Made by a program: the position numbers and the translations under genes. Positions 11,282 to 23,834 of a DNA stretch of 64,000 nucleotides are shown here, in pieces (the first letter of the stretch is position 1; the number at the start of each line of letters is the position of its first letter). The notes beneath the pieces are model-generated. The model made no database searches. It saw only the letters and a list, made by a program, of their open reading frames with translations, and was not told where the DNA came from. Source of the stretch: Octopus sinensis (taxonomy: Eukaryota); contig NC_043000.1 of the NCBI RefSeq assembly GCF_006345805.1, forward strand, positions 10,726,001-10,790,000. Direction: 5' to 3'.

Positions 11282-11635
11282 TCCATTTCAAACAATGATA
11301 GTGTTTTCGATGACAGTGTACTGTATCAGTGATGACAGCTTTCTGACTCTGTAGTGACAGTATATCTCTACTAGTGACAACAGTGTCTATTGTAACAAGT
11401 GTGATAAAAGTGATGAACTGAAACGAAAATCAAAACTACTAACACCAAAGGATTCCTTTCTGATATTTCACATTTGGGAAATGATTAACAGAAAGACATA
11501 GTGAAAGATTGAGACTTTTCATAACATTACAGATAATAACTTGGCAATGTAAATGAATATATATTTAATGCATAATTATTATTATCAAACTGTCCACATT
11601 GTTAAAATATCATTGTTAAATTTGTGTATTTTCAG

Positions 11636-11746
11636 GGTGGAAAACTGCAGACACGCATTGGACTTTTAATGTTATTGTGTGGCTGGTTATCTGACTGTTC
11701 TATTGCTGTTACTCATTTTCTTTGCAATACAGCTAATGTGCCTTAC
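11636..11746 (+). CDS. USO1: USO1/p115 coding exon
   Basis: tttcag acceptor and GTATCCTTTT donor. Encodes GGKLQTRIGLLMLLCGWLSDCSIAVTHFLCNTANVPY. Confidence 0.96.
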
Positions 11747-12982
11747 GTATCCTTTTATGAAACTTGCATCAACTAATTGAACACACCCTGATATTTCCAA
11801 GTTACTTAGACTTTAAATTCACATGTTCCCTATTTATACAAACAGCCTGCATTATACATAGACATCTTGCTTTGAAAGTAAACTTTCAAATGAGAAATGC
11901 TATAATATTTATATCTATTGTTTATGTTATATAATGTATAGTGTACAGAAGGGTTATGATCCAGGCTGTCTTGCGAAGCATTGTATGTGTGGAGATGTTT
12001 TATTTTAAATGAGAGTATCATGCATACATAAAGTCTTTGTTTTAATATGTGTGTGTGTGTGTGTGTGTGTGGGAAGTTACAGAGGTATCAAGTTGTTGGA
12101 TCAGGTAATGAAACTTACGGAGAGAGTCATAGTCCAACTAATTAGGGAGAGCGTTAATCTAGATGAGATGCAGCTTTGTTTTGTGCCAGGGAGAAGCACC
12201 ACTGCAATACCTAGCCAAATATAAACCTCTGTATTTGGCTTTTGTTGATTTGGAGAAAGCCTTTGGCAAGATCCCCCAATTCCTTATCTGGTGGTTAATG
12301 CAGAAATTAGGGATAGACGAGTGGTAGCATCCTTGTACAAGCCATGTACAGGGATGCTACCAGAAAGGTAAGAGTTGGCAGCGAGTACAGTGAAGAATTC
12401 AGGGTACAAGTAGGTTTTCACCAAGGATTGGTCCTCAGTCTCCTCTTGTTCATCATAGTCCTCCAACAGAGGAATTTAAGACAGGCTGCCCCTGGGAGTT
12501 CCTCTATGCTGATGACCTTGTTCTTATAGCTGAATCACTACCAGAAGCTGAGATAAAAAAATTTTTGATTGAAGAAATTTGACCAATTACTTGGATGTGC
12601 TCATACTTTGCAAAGAAGACAAAATTTGCATATAACATCAGTTGTAACATGTATAAGGATACATATTGTCTCCTAATTTAACGAGGCAAAGAATTATACG
12701 CTACTACACATTTTATGTGTAATGTACCAGATATTTATTGAGACTTGAAATTGTGATAATCTTGTATTTTATTAACTGGAGTTCTAAAAAAAAAACAATT
12801 CTCACAGCATGTGCTTGTCTGTATGCTTGTATGTGTTTGTGTTACATTACGATACTAGACAGCTGACCACATGACCAAGTTCAAATCTGACTACAACCAT
12901 AGCGTTAAACCTTTCAAAAAAAGGCATCTAAATTCACTTCATTATAAATGTATTTTATAATTCACCTTAACTGCTTTCTCAG
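11747..12982 (+). other. USO1: U12-type (minor spliceosome) GT-AG intron of USO1
   Basis: The 5' site GTATCCTTTT (11747-11756) matches the U12 consensus RTATCCTTT. The branch site CCTTAAC (12965-12971) lies about 12 nt from the AG, with only a short pyrimidine run. Confidence 0.88.
12071..12552 (+). pseudogene. Decayed RTE-clade LINE reverse transcriptase fragment inside the U12 intron
   Basis: YRGIKLLDQVMKLTERVI...LAFVDLEKAF...HQGLVLSLLLF...FLYADDLVLIAES, with frameshifts and deletions. Homologous to 63448-64000. Confidence 0.85.
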
Positions 12983-13104
12983 CTGATTGCTCAGATTTCA
13001 GCATCTGAAGGAGAAGAACAAGAACAACTTGTCCAAGGCCTCTGTGCTTTTCTTTTGGGGATCAGTGTACTTTTCAATGATGACCAGAATGAAACTTTTA
13101 ACAA
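12983..13104 (+). CDS. USO1: USO1/p115 coding exon
   Basis: ttctcag/gtatgt. Encodes LIAQISASEGEEQEQLVQGLCAFLLGISVLFNDDQNETFN(K). Confidence 0.95.
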
Positions 13105-13149
13105 GTATGTATCTTAATGTATATTTAAATATCTTCCTTTATTCTTCTA

Positions 13150-13315
13150 TTTGTTTCAGTCATTTGACTGTGGCCATGCTGGAGCACCACCTTTGGTCAA
13201 ACAAATCGACCCCATGACTTATTCTTTGTAAGCCTAGTACTTATTCTATCGATCTCTCTTGCCGAACCGCTAAGTTACAGGGACTTAAACACCAATATCA
13301 GTTCTCAAGTGATAC
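13150..13315 (-). mobile_element. 3' part of tRNA-head SINE family C
   Basis: Reverse complement of ...cggttcggcaaaagagaccgatagaataagtact...gtgctccagcatggccgcagtcaaatgactgaaacaag. Confidence 0.7.
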
Positions 13316-14156
13316 TGGTTGGACAGTATCACTTGTGTGCCTGTGTTCATATGCAACACGTCTAGAGGCCAGCTCCCTTCCGGATCATGTATGTTTTAGA
13401 CACTAGACCATCATCTGCTATTTGACCCAAAACTAGGGTCCTTGACTACCCCCCTTGTTTAGAATGGACCTAGAATACTTGGTTAGAATACTCCCTAAAA
13501 CTTCTCCTAAATTCCCAAGCTGGAGCTTCACCACTAGATGCTAGACACTAAGAACGCCCAGGACACTAAGAATGTATGCAAAGTGCATACTAGTGGAACT
13601 AATAGTATGCTACCATTGGTCCATTGATGGTTAAATGATGATACACAGTTAGCAACCATCGATATATTACAGAGTTCAGTATCATAATTTTAGACACAGA
13701 TTTATCAGTAGATGTTCTTGCTGAAATCAAGCATTGTCATGTGAAGGATGTATTAAGCACTATAAATATTTAAGTCTAATAAGTAATTATAAGTATCTTT
13801 CTTTATATTTCTGTGGTTTGTAAATCCCTTCCTCTTACTTTCTGTTAACCTTTACCGACTTTCGGTTTCTCTTCATAAAATGTATTGGAAATTAGTAGAA
13901 TTTTTTTTATTTAGAATTCAGATATAGAAGTGATAATGAACTTACTTTCATGTATTAGATTAATGACCTTTGAAAAGAAATATTCAAATTTTGTTTAATC
14001 ACCACTACTACATTGTCATCATAGTGTATCAATGTCGAAAATATATCATCTTCAGAAGATCTTAGCAAACAGAAACAGAGAGAAGAGTAACCATAAGCTT
14101 TATTACTGGTAGTATTGTCAGTTGATATAGTAATTTGTGTGTGTTTTCTATTACAG

Positions 14157-14338
14157 GGATTCTTTGTGCAAAATCATTGCTAACCGTATTGGGATGGAAA
14201 CATTTATTGATAAACTATCTCAGGTGACAAAGAATGAAAGTTACACAAAAGCAGCAAAGAAAGCTCACCTTAATTACAAACATCCAAATGAAGTGATCTT
14301 TGACTATGAGTTCACACGTCTATTCAAATCGTTGGAAA
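14157..14338 (+). CDS. USO1: USO1/p115 coding exon
   Basis: ttacag/gtaagt. Encodes DSLCKIIANRIGMETFIDKLSQVTKNESYTKAAKKAHLNYKHPNEVIFDYEFTRLFKSLE, cf. p115 MIFDHEFTKLVKELE. Confidence 0.95.
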
Positions 14339-15108
14339 GTAAGTTCTTTAGATTTACAATGACAAACTCATTTATAATTATATTTCATTAATCTTAGCTT
14401 TACCATATCACAATAAGTTTGTGATAATATACCTAAACAATATACAGGTTCCATTAAATTCATAAGTTTTGGTTTATACTGATTCACGTAATGAAGTAAA
14501 TGGTTTTTCAAATCTCTACTGGGAAAAACAAAGAAGCAAACACCATAAGATGTGATACTTTTTTTGTGGTGGGTTTTTGTATGGAGTATATTGTTTAAAT
14601 TCAAAATTGTATTTATAAGTAATTATTGTTCAACCAACAGAAACTTCCATTTGTGGGTTGCAAGCATCTTCAAAAATTATTCCACTATATCTCTCACAAA
14701 AACAAATTTATCATGTCCATGGTTGTTTTGTGGAGATTTGTTGATGTATCCCTAAGATGGAAGTACCTCCTTAAATGTTCAAAGCATTTTCTTGAAAACA
14801 TTTTATCTAAGCTGTATTACAAAGCATAATGAATCCACGATCTAGTGTATATCATATATTAGGACTGGATTTATTGCCATTATAATCATCCATCATAGAA
14901 AGGTTTTCATGTCTTCATCAATACTTTGTACCATTTATTTTTATGGTTGATAACATTGATTTTCCAGAAGTTTTCATTTCAAAGCCTTTCCAGATTAATG
15001 ATTTTCCCAAACCAGGAATGGTCACCTTGGTCAACACACTCTAAATTAAACATATTAATTTATTTAAACAATTAAATGAAATACAGGTACCTATGGATTA
15101 GTTTAGAT

Positions 15109-15149
<41 letters not shown>

Positions 15150-15548
15150 TGAGGAAATATTATTCCAAACTTACAGGGAAAAATTCAATTTAGAAATATT
15201 AAATCAAATTTCACAAAATATAATATATATATATATATATAAATTAGAAAAAAACCACCTTTTATCAATTCAATAATGAAAAATTAAATTATACCATTTA
15301 GAAAGATTACATATTATAGAAAGATTAAATATAAGATAAAACATATAGCGATGATTAAGTAATGTGCAAAATAATAAATAAAATGTATATATTTGGTATA
15401 TATATATATATATCTTTATTTCTGCAATTATAATTTTATTGAGAAGTAAATGTAGGGAAAATATATAAAACACAGCTTAAGGATTAATTCTGTCTTGTGA
15501 GATTTATAAAAATCTTCATTGTTTTACTGATACTGTCTTTTATTTCAG

Positions 15549-15664
15549 ATGAAGTTTTAAGAGCAGTATCTGTGTCTGACAGCAAAGGGAAAACTGGTCT
15601 CTCTGCTAGTATACATGAACATAGTAGTATTGTGATTCAATACAAAGAATTGATTAGAGAGCAA
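15549..15664 (+). CDS. USO1: USO1/p115 coding exon (head to coiled-coil junction)
   Basis: tttcag/gtgagt. Encodes (N)EVLRAVSVSDSKGKTGLSASIHEHSSIVIQYKELIREQ, cf. QHDNIVTHYKNMIREQ. Confidence 0.93.
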
Positions 15665-16253
15665 GTGAGTAATGTGTTCTTATTCAAGTAATATATAACT
15701 ATTATCTGCTATAAGATTAAGCAGGAAGCAGCCTACTTAATAGTAATTCTATCATCATCATTGTTTTAATGCCCACATTTTCAATGCCTGCATGGTTTAG
15801 ACAGAATTTATTGAGGAACATTTTCTATTGTCTAATGCCCTTCCTGTTGCCGACTCACTTGTTTCCAAACTAGGCAATATTTCCCCATAGACAGAAATGT
15901 TTTTGCAGAATATTGGAAGTGAATGACTCTGCTTGTATGACAGTGATACTCATTTACAATTACTGGGCAATGTCAAGACACAGACACACAAACATCCATA
16001 CATCCACACACATACATTCGTGCATATACATATACAACAGGCTTTTATCAGTTTCCATCTACCAGATCCACACACAAGGCTTTAGTCAGCCAAGTGAGAC
16101 AGTAGAAAATGTTTGCCCAAGGTGCAACACATTGGGTTTGAACTTGAAAGCAGATAGTTGGAAAGGAAATTTCTTAATCACACAGCCATGCCTGCACCTA
16201 CATTAATATTTTTTTTAATTAAAGCTGCCCTTTTGAGATTAAAGCAATCATTT

Positions 16254-16502
16254 TCATCATCATCATCATCGTTTAACATCCGTTTTCCATGCTAGCATGC
16301 GTTGGACGGTTTGACCGGATTCTGGGAAGCCAGGAGGCTGCACCAGGCTCCAGTCTGATCTGCCAGGGTTTCTACAGCTGGATGCCCTTCCTAATGCCAA
16401 CACTCTGTGAGTGTAGTGGGTGCTTTTTACGTGCCACTGGCACAGGGGCCAGAGGAGGCTGGCAACGGCCATGATCGGTTGGTGCTTCTTATGTACCACC
16501 AG
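16254..16502 (-). mobile_element. Family R element (1 VNTR unit)
   Basis: Same tail and (CAT)n as the other copies. Confidence 0.75.
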
Positions 16503-16510
16503 CACATATA

Positions 16511-16555
<45 letters not shown>

Positions 16556-17055
16556 TCATCATCATCATCGTTTAACGTCTGCTTTCCATGCGGACATTAA
16601 ACGATGATGATATATATGTACATATGTACATTTTGTTTATAATATATAAAATGACCTCCATCACTTTGCTGCTGTCTTTTTTCCTCTATCTCACAGTTAA
16701 AGTATGTCTCCCAGTGTAACGTGACACCTAATAATATGTAATGCTCAAATGCATTTTTCTCCTAAACCTTGACATTTCAAGTGAAAAGCTATGTTTTTGT
16801 AAGCTCGTCTGTCTTTATATATGCTGTAAAAACATTCTTGTTGAACCAGGATGTAATCTGAATTGCATAATAATCTTTTTCATATTCTATCTATTGTTAT
16901 TATATTATAGTTCTTATATTTTTGTAAGCATCACATCTGTTCTCTTTGTGCATGTAAATACTGCTGTAGTTTTATTTGCTTATTTTATATACTTTGACAT
17001 CAGTCTTCAGTATTTTTCACACACTATTCCTTTAAGACATTCAAAATTAGTGTTA

Positions 17056-17632
17056 TCATCATCATCATCATCATCATCATCATTTAGCGTCCGTTTTCCA
17101 TGCTAGCATGGGTTGGACGGTTCTACTGTGGTCTGTGAAGCTAGAAGGCTTCATCAGGCCCAGTCAAATCTGGCAGTGTTTCTACGGCTGGATGCCCTTC
17201 CTAACGCCAACCACTCCGTGAGTGTAGTGGGTGCTTTTTACGTGCCACCCGCACTGGTGCCAGACAGAGCTGGCAAACGGCCACGAACGGATGGTGCTTT
17301 TTATGTGCCACCGGCACGAGGGCCAGGCGAGGCTGGCAACGGACACGAAACGGGGCGGTGCTGGCAACGGTCGCGAAACGGAAAGTTCTCTTACATGCCA
17401 CCGGCACTGGTAACACATCTGCAATTTCCATTGATCGATTTCGATTCTGATCCTCACTTGCCTCAATGGGTCTTCACAAGCAGAGTTTCGACATGCCACC
17501 GGCACTGGTAGCACATCCGCAATTTCCATTGATCGATTTCGATTCTGATCCTCACTTGCCTCAACACATCTTCACAAGTAGAGTTTTGTGTCCCAAGAAG
17601 GGAAGGTATGCATACGTAGGCTGGCTCCATCC
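17056..17632 (-). mobile_element. Family R element with ~100-bp internal tandem duplication
   Basis: Tail plus 2-3 VNTR units. The block catgccaccggcactggta...cctcacttgcctcaa...tcttcacaag is duplicated at about 17395-17490 and 17492-17580. Confidence 0.8.
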
Positions 17633-17975
17633 CATGTATTTTGCTTAACTTTAGTGGGGATTAGGGAATCCTTTATAGCTGCATTTATGTATGGGCCAAT
17701 AATGGTCTTCTTTAACTCAGAGAAGCCTAATACTTGGAGTTAAAAGTTTTTTTTTTAAATATATTTACAGCTATCAAATAAGTTGTATTTATTTTTTTTT
17801 GTTAAATTTTTTTTAATCCAATAGCGTTCTTTTAAAATTATTAAACTCTATTTTGATTTATTGGGCCCTTTTACATTAAAAAGTTATTAAATTTAACTGA
17901 TTCCCTCTGAATCTACCAAGATCCTTTTAAGTTTTGGGGCCCCTAAATTTTTATGGGACCCTCTTTATTACCTTA

Positions 17976-18320
17976 CTAGCACTATGACCCAGCAACGCCA
18001 GGTCATACTGCTAGTGCATGCATATACAACTGCGTGCGTGCGCACATCTCTGACCAATCACATACAGCTAGCTGGCATTCAATTGGCGTATCAAGTTACA
18101 GGCATTTTGATTGAGTTTTGGATAGAAAATTCACAAAAAAGTCACTTCTACTGACTTTTTTTAATGGCCTTGCGGGGTGACTGGGGAAATGTAAAGATGT
18201 GCACGACCACCCTTGGACGGTTTTGAATGACCATAGAAAGTGTGAGCCCTCTAACTGAAAAATTGTGGATTTGTATAAAAGACACGCACACAGACATTTT
18301 GCCGTTTATATATATAGAGA
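17976..18320 (-). mobile_element. Helitron-like H2 copy
   Basis: Same termini and terminal hairpin as 10035-10399. Confidence 0.75.
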
Positions 18321-19039
18321 TTATGTTTTGAATTGACTCTTTTGTAATTAGCGCTGTTTTAAAAATTCTCTGAGCATATGTTTTCTTCTGATATAATAAG
18401 GGAGTAGTCAACAGCAATGCATTATCCAAACAAATGAACAAGGCAACATCAACTTGTTCGAAACTATCATAAGTGCTGGCAGCCATTGAAATTTATGGAA
18501 TATGCAAAAAACATCTGAGGAAAATATAAAATTGATTGAAATTATAACTTTCTTGTATTTAGATTATTCACAACACATTTATTTTTACAGTGCACATTCC
18601 TATTGTTCACATCTAAACATTTGAAAATTCCCTACACAAAATCATCAGGGTCCTCAAAACCTATTGTTCCAGGAGCCCCACTAGGTTTTAATTTGGATCT
18701 GGACATATTGTATTAAATCTTTCAAAGTGCCATTTTATTTGAAAAAGAAAAAGACTCAAAAATTACTAAAACCATTCTCGAATATATAAAAGAAAAAAAA
18801 TCAAATTCAATGTAGAAAGAAATAAAAGTATTTTTATTCATTAGTGTAGTTTGTTTGTTTTATATGAAACTGGATAATGTCAAGTCCTTGCTGCTAGGGT
18901 ACATTATTAACTATTATAAGGTCTGCACTTTGAATACTTTATAACTGTTGGGACTTTCTATATATAAATTGTAAACGTTTTGTTCTGTTAAATATTTTAT
19001 ATTTGTAAAAAAAAAATTACAATGTTTTGCATCTTTCAG

Positions 19040-19178
19040 GATTTACAATTGAATGAATTACGGAAAGAATTGAAAGGATATAAGTCTCAAAGTGATTCCA
19101 ATAAAGAAGAATTTGAGGAATCAAAGCAACAAATCCAGCAGTTGAAAGACCAGAATGCTGTTTTGAAAGCTCAGAAAG
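19040..19178 (+). CDS. USO1: USO1/p115 coding exon (coiled coil)
   Basis: tttcag/gtttgt. Encodes DLQLNELRKELKGYKSQSDSNKEEFEESKQQIQQLKDQNAVLKAQK. Phase 0 in, phase 1 out. Confidence 0.92.
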
Positions 19179-19282
19179 GTTTGTATTACATTATCTTGCA
19201 ATTTTATAAAGTAAGCATTCAGTTCTTTCATTATCTATTAAATATGTATAACATATCACCATCATCATCATCATCCTGATTA

Positions 19283-19828
19283 TCATCATCAACTTGAGAC
19301 CATAACCCATGGCCTATGCCAGTGGTGTAACCAGCCCACTTAAGCATACCTTTCTTTCATTGGACACTAAACTCTGCTTGCAAAGACCTGTTGAGGCAAG
19401 TGAAATCGAAATCAAATTCAATGACAGCACTGCATGACTGGCATCCGTGCTAGTGGAGCGCTAAGAGCACCATCCGAGCGTGATCGTTACCAGCATCACC
19501 TTACTGGTACTTGTGCCAGTGGTACGTGAAAAACAACATTCGTGCGAGGGCATTGCCAGAGCCGCTGGACTGGCTCCTGTGCAGGTGACATGTAAAAACA
19601 TCATTTGAGCATAGCCGTTGCCAGTACTGCCTGACTGGCCCTTGTGCCAGTGACATGTAAAAGCACCCACTACACTCTCAGAGTGGCTGGTGTTAGGAAG
19701 GGCATCCAGCTGTAGAAGCCCTGCCAGATCAGACTGGAGCCGGGTACAGCCACCTGGCTCACCAGTCCCCAGTCAAACCATCCAACCCATGCCAGCATGG
19801 AAAGCAGACATTAAACGATGATGATGAT
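19283..19828 (+). mobile_element. Family R element (long copy)
   Basis: gagaccataacccatggcc... 5' part, diverged VNTR units, and the conserved tail with (GAT)n. Confidence 0.75.
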
Positions 19829-20068
19829 AAACTTAGCATCTATTTTTCCTCGCCCTTGTGGGTCAAAGAGAATTTGTTGAAGCAAATTTTTTACATTCAG
19901 ATGCTCTTCCTGTCATCAACCCTCACCTGTTTCCCAGTAAAGTAATATCTTCCCTGTGACCAGACATGTTTTCATGGAAGATTGGAAATGGGGGACACAA
20001 CCTGCATGACAGTGATACTCATTTACAACTATTACACAGTGTCAAGGCAAGAAGACAGTAACACACAT

Positions 20069-20103
<35 letters not shown>

Positions 20104-20513
20104 TACACAGTAGACTTCTTTCAGTTTCCATCTACATAATGCGCTCAGAAAGCTTTAGTCAGCCCAGAGCCAAAGTAGAAGACATTTATCAAAGTATCAT
20201 GCAGTGGGGCTAAAGCCAAACCACAAGGTTTGAAAGCAAATTTCTTATCACGTGGCCATGCCTGCACCTATTGTGTTGTGTTGGGTCACCCAGTGTATGT
20301 CTGGGAGATGAAGGTGCACATTGTGGGGCTAAGAAAAGGGACACACATTGTAAAACTGAGAGATGAGGTTACACATTGTAGGACAGACTGAGAATGTTGA
20401 ATATACTATCACCACTCCTAGCAGTGACATTATAATATACCATAAATTATACAGTTTTAATATCTGTTATCAACACTGACCTTACTGTATAATATGCATT
20501 ATACTACTATATT

Positions 20514-20826
20514 GTGAAGGTGCATGGCTCAGTGGTTAGAGTGTCGAGTTTACGATTGCGAGGTTGTGAGTTCAAATCCCAGACTGGGCTGCATGTTGTG
20601 TTCTTGAGCAAGACACTTTATTTCACGTTGCTCCAATTCCCTCAGCTGTAGAAATGAGTTGCAACATCACTGGTGCCAAGCTGTATCGGCCCCTTTGCCT
20701 TTCCCTTGGATAACACTGGTGGCGTGGAGAGGGGAGGCCGGTATGTATGGGTGACTGCTGGTCTGTGCCTGAGAGGGTAACTTTGAAGGTGCAATCCCAT
20801 GGTCAGTCATGACCGAAGGAGGTCTC
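20514..20826 (+). mobile_element. tRNA-derived SINE (family distinct from C and N)
   Basis: Pol III-like boxes tggctcagtggttag and gttcaaatccc. Flanked by an actactata duplication. Confidence 0.7.
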
Positions 20827-22135
20827 AGCAACTACTATACTATATTTACCACTATGTTAATAAAAACTGGCCTTATAGTAAACACATACAAGCACACATT
20901 TGGAATGTATGAAAATGTGAGACTAATATAGTTATGGTGGCCTAAGATCTACCCAATGTCATAAAAGTGTATCTGAACACAGCTGAGAGAAGGATTGCAA
21001 CTGAGCAAAAAAATTACAAATATATAAATCTTATATAAGAAACTAGAAAAACCAGAGGAAATTCTTGTGTCTAACTTTACTTCTGGTAGTAGACCATATA
21101 TCCATGATTTCTGTACCATAACAGACTCTTTAACTACTTGGCTACTGCATAATGCCAACAAGAAGAACAGCTGTAAATATGCAAACCAACAGGTAGCCTC
21201 AATATAGTACTCATTCTGCAGGAAAAATAGCCAAATCTCCCTCAAAGCATACATACCCTGCTGTCTTAAAAATATAGAAGGAACATTAAATAATGTAATC
21301 TGAGTCATAACTATGTCTAAAATAAAAATGTGATGGTCATGGATGGAACCTTTTTCAAAATAGGTCTGCTCTATTGAAGTTTGGTCTGGGTTGAACAACT
21401 GTTCTACTAGAATAAATGCCTAAACCACTTTCACCTAAGTTTTTTTTTTTTTGTTCTTCCTTTTACCCAACTCTATCTCATTAAGTGCCATTGTGTTAGG
21501 ATAATCTGCTCACACCTCATTGCCTACTTAGTGCTTATCCGAGTTACAGCTTCATTCATGGATGCCAAAGATTCCTATCCATAGCTATGTTATATGTGTA
21601 TATACATCTGGAAATATATATGGTGTATGATCATTGGTTAGTGTCTGTATTGCAGGTGACACAACATGTCTGTCTTATGTTCACCTTTTCTTATACCAGA
21701 AACTGCAGTCTCAACTTATCAACAAATGTTTATAGGTGTGTAGGATCTGATATTCGGTTTCTACGTCCCAGCCAGCAAATTTGGGGGAAATGGATAGGTC
21801 AGTAACAGCTGGTACTTATTTTATTGACCCTTGAAAGGATGACAAGCAACGTCGACCTTGATAAAACTTGAACACAGAACACAAAGATGGACAAAATGCT
21901 GCTAAGCATTGCACCTGGTGTGCTAACAATTCTGCCAACTGATGCCTTACATCCCACCAGTATTAACAACAGAACTGTCATCTGTCACCAGAAATAATTT
22001 ACAAGGAAGAAGTTGGGGGTGTTTCATAGATTTAAGATGAGATATTTACCTGCACATTACATTCATCACCACCACCACATCCACCACCTTCTTCCTTGTA
22101 TTCTCCTTTCTAATTGTGTTTAACATGTTTGATAG

Positions 22136-22233
22136 GAAGTCAAGATGGGAAGAATGAAATAGCCCAATTAAAACAAGAAATTGAAACATTACAAACAAAA
22201 CTAAAAACCAAAGATGATGAAATGAAACAAATT
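22136..22233 (+). CDS. USO1: USO1/p115 coding exon (coiled coil)
   Basis: tgatag/gtaagt. Encodes (G)SQDGKNEIAQLKQEIETLQTKLKTKDDEMKQI. Phases fit both neighbours. Confidence 0.88.
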
Positions 22234-22408
22234 GTAAGTAAACTTTCATTTTTCATTGTAATATTTTGGGATGGCAGTCTAACCTTATACATAGTCTTAC
22301 CTTATACAAAGTCTCACCTTATATATAGGGTGGTAGTCATACCCAGTATGGCAGTATAACTTCATACATATTATGGTAGTCTAACCTTATACATAGTATA
22401 GTAGTATA

Positions 22409-22630
22409 TATTTCTTTACTACCCACAAGGGACTAAACACAGAGAGGACAAACAAGGACAGACAAACAGATTAAATCGACCCCAGTGCGTAACTGGTACT
22501 TAATTTATTGACCCCAAAAGGATGAAAGGCACAGTCGACCTCGGCGGAATTTGAACTCAGAATGTAACGGCAGACGAAATACGGCTACGCATTTTGCCCG
22601 GCGTGCTAACGTTTCTGCCAGCTCGCCACC
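22409..22630 (-). mobile_element. tRNA-head SINE family N with 21-bp TSD
   Basis: Reverse complement of ggcgagctggcagaaacgttagcacg...gttcaaattccgccgaggtcgac...ccttttcggggtcgataaa. The flanks tatacatagtatagtagtata at 22388-22408 and 22631-22651 are duplicated. Confidence 0.85.
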
Positions 22631-23535
22631 TATACATAGTATAGTAGTATAATCTTATATATAGTGTGGCAGTCTAACCTCGTACATTGTGTTGTAGTCC
22701 AACTTTGTACATAGTGTAGTAGTCTAAGCTTACAGATTGAAAGTAACCTGATATGATGGTATAAGTGTAATATGATAGTTTAACATCATAATGAAATTTG
22801 ATGTGATAGTGTAACCCCATTTTGTGCTTCAGTACAATGGTTTAACTCTATAATGTGATATTACAGACTTCTGGTAATGATATAGCTTCATGAGTTATGG
22901 TAAATATTGGTATTACTCCATAGTAATGTAATACAATCGCGTTAGCATTTTTTAAATTTATATATTTGATGAATTATATAGTTTTTACTGATATGTATGA
23001 TAGTATCAGCTGAAGAGGTACAATAGTTGTGAGGTCAGGATGCTAGACAACATGGTCATGAGTTCAAATGTTACCATAACCATTATTGTACCTCTAAGCA
23101 AGTTACATTACTTTGTGTGCTTTAGTCTTCTCAACTGAACCTACCATTTGTGATAGCAAGGCTATTTAATTGTAAAAAAGAGTTAAATCAACTATAAAAG
23201 CCATCCATTCGTGCTTATAAAGAAAAATGGATATAAAATGGGGAAAAATTAATTTTGTTTCTGAAAATCAAATTAATTTTTGTATTAATAATCATTAGTC
23301 TTTTGATTGAAGTTAGTAACCATTTTATATTCAATGTTCTCACCATTTATCATCATGCATATCATCATTTAACATCTTATGTTCCATGCTGACATTGGTA
23401 CTGCTAAATGATCTTTATATTAAGTACTTTTCTAAGTAATGGCCATTGCTAAAATTTAATTGTTTTAAATTTTAGGGGTTTCTTAGTTTTAAAATCTATT
23501 TGGAGTGATGTATACATGTTGTCTAACAGCATTAA

Positions 23536-23756
23536 CCCTTTAGCATTTAAACCGGCCATATCCGGCTGAAATGTTCTACTTGTTTTATGTTCAAGTTGGC
23601 CAGATCCAACCTCTCACACAGACCCTATAATGTCATTCTTACAAATAAACAATTGCATCATCAAAATCTTGAAGCTACATGAAAATGCATGTTTAATTCA
23701 AAACAATATAAGTTAATAAACATTACAATTGACAGAATAATCTGAATGCTAAAGGG
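23536..23756. mobile_element. piggyBac-type MITE
   Basis: TTAA on both sides and 12-bp perfect TIRs CCCTTTAGCATT/AATGCTAAAGGG; 221 bp. Confidence 0.85.
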
Positions 23757-23834
23757 TTAATCAAAGTGATTGTGGAGAAAAAGAACGTTTCGTTTGTCTG
23801 TAATTTTGAATAATCTGAAAACTTTGATTTTCAG

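Noticed and set aside
11290-11460. Ser/Asp-rich stretch (SDNSVYCNKCDKSDELKRKSK) as a USO1 alternative exon or a transposase N-terminus
   Set aside because: Multiple stops, no usable splice sites, and no recognisable domain.
20514-20590. tRNA genes at SINE heads (also about 53550-53625)
   Set aside because: A/B-box-like heads continue into SINE bodies with TSDs and do not close a cloverleaf acceptor stem.
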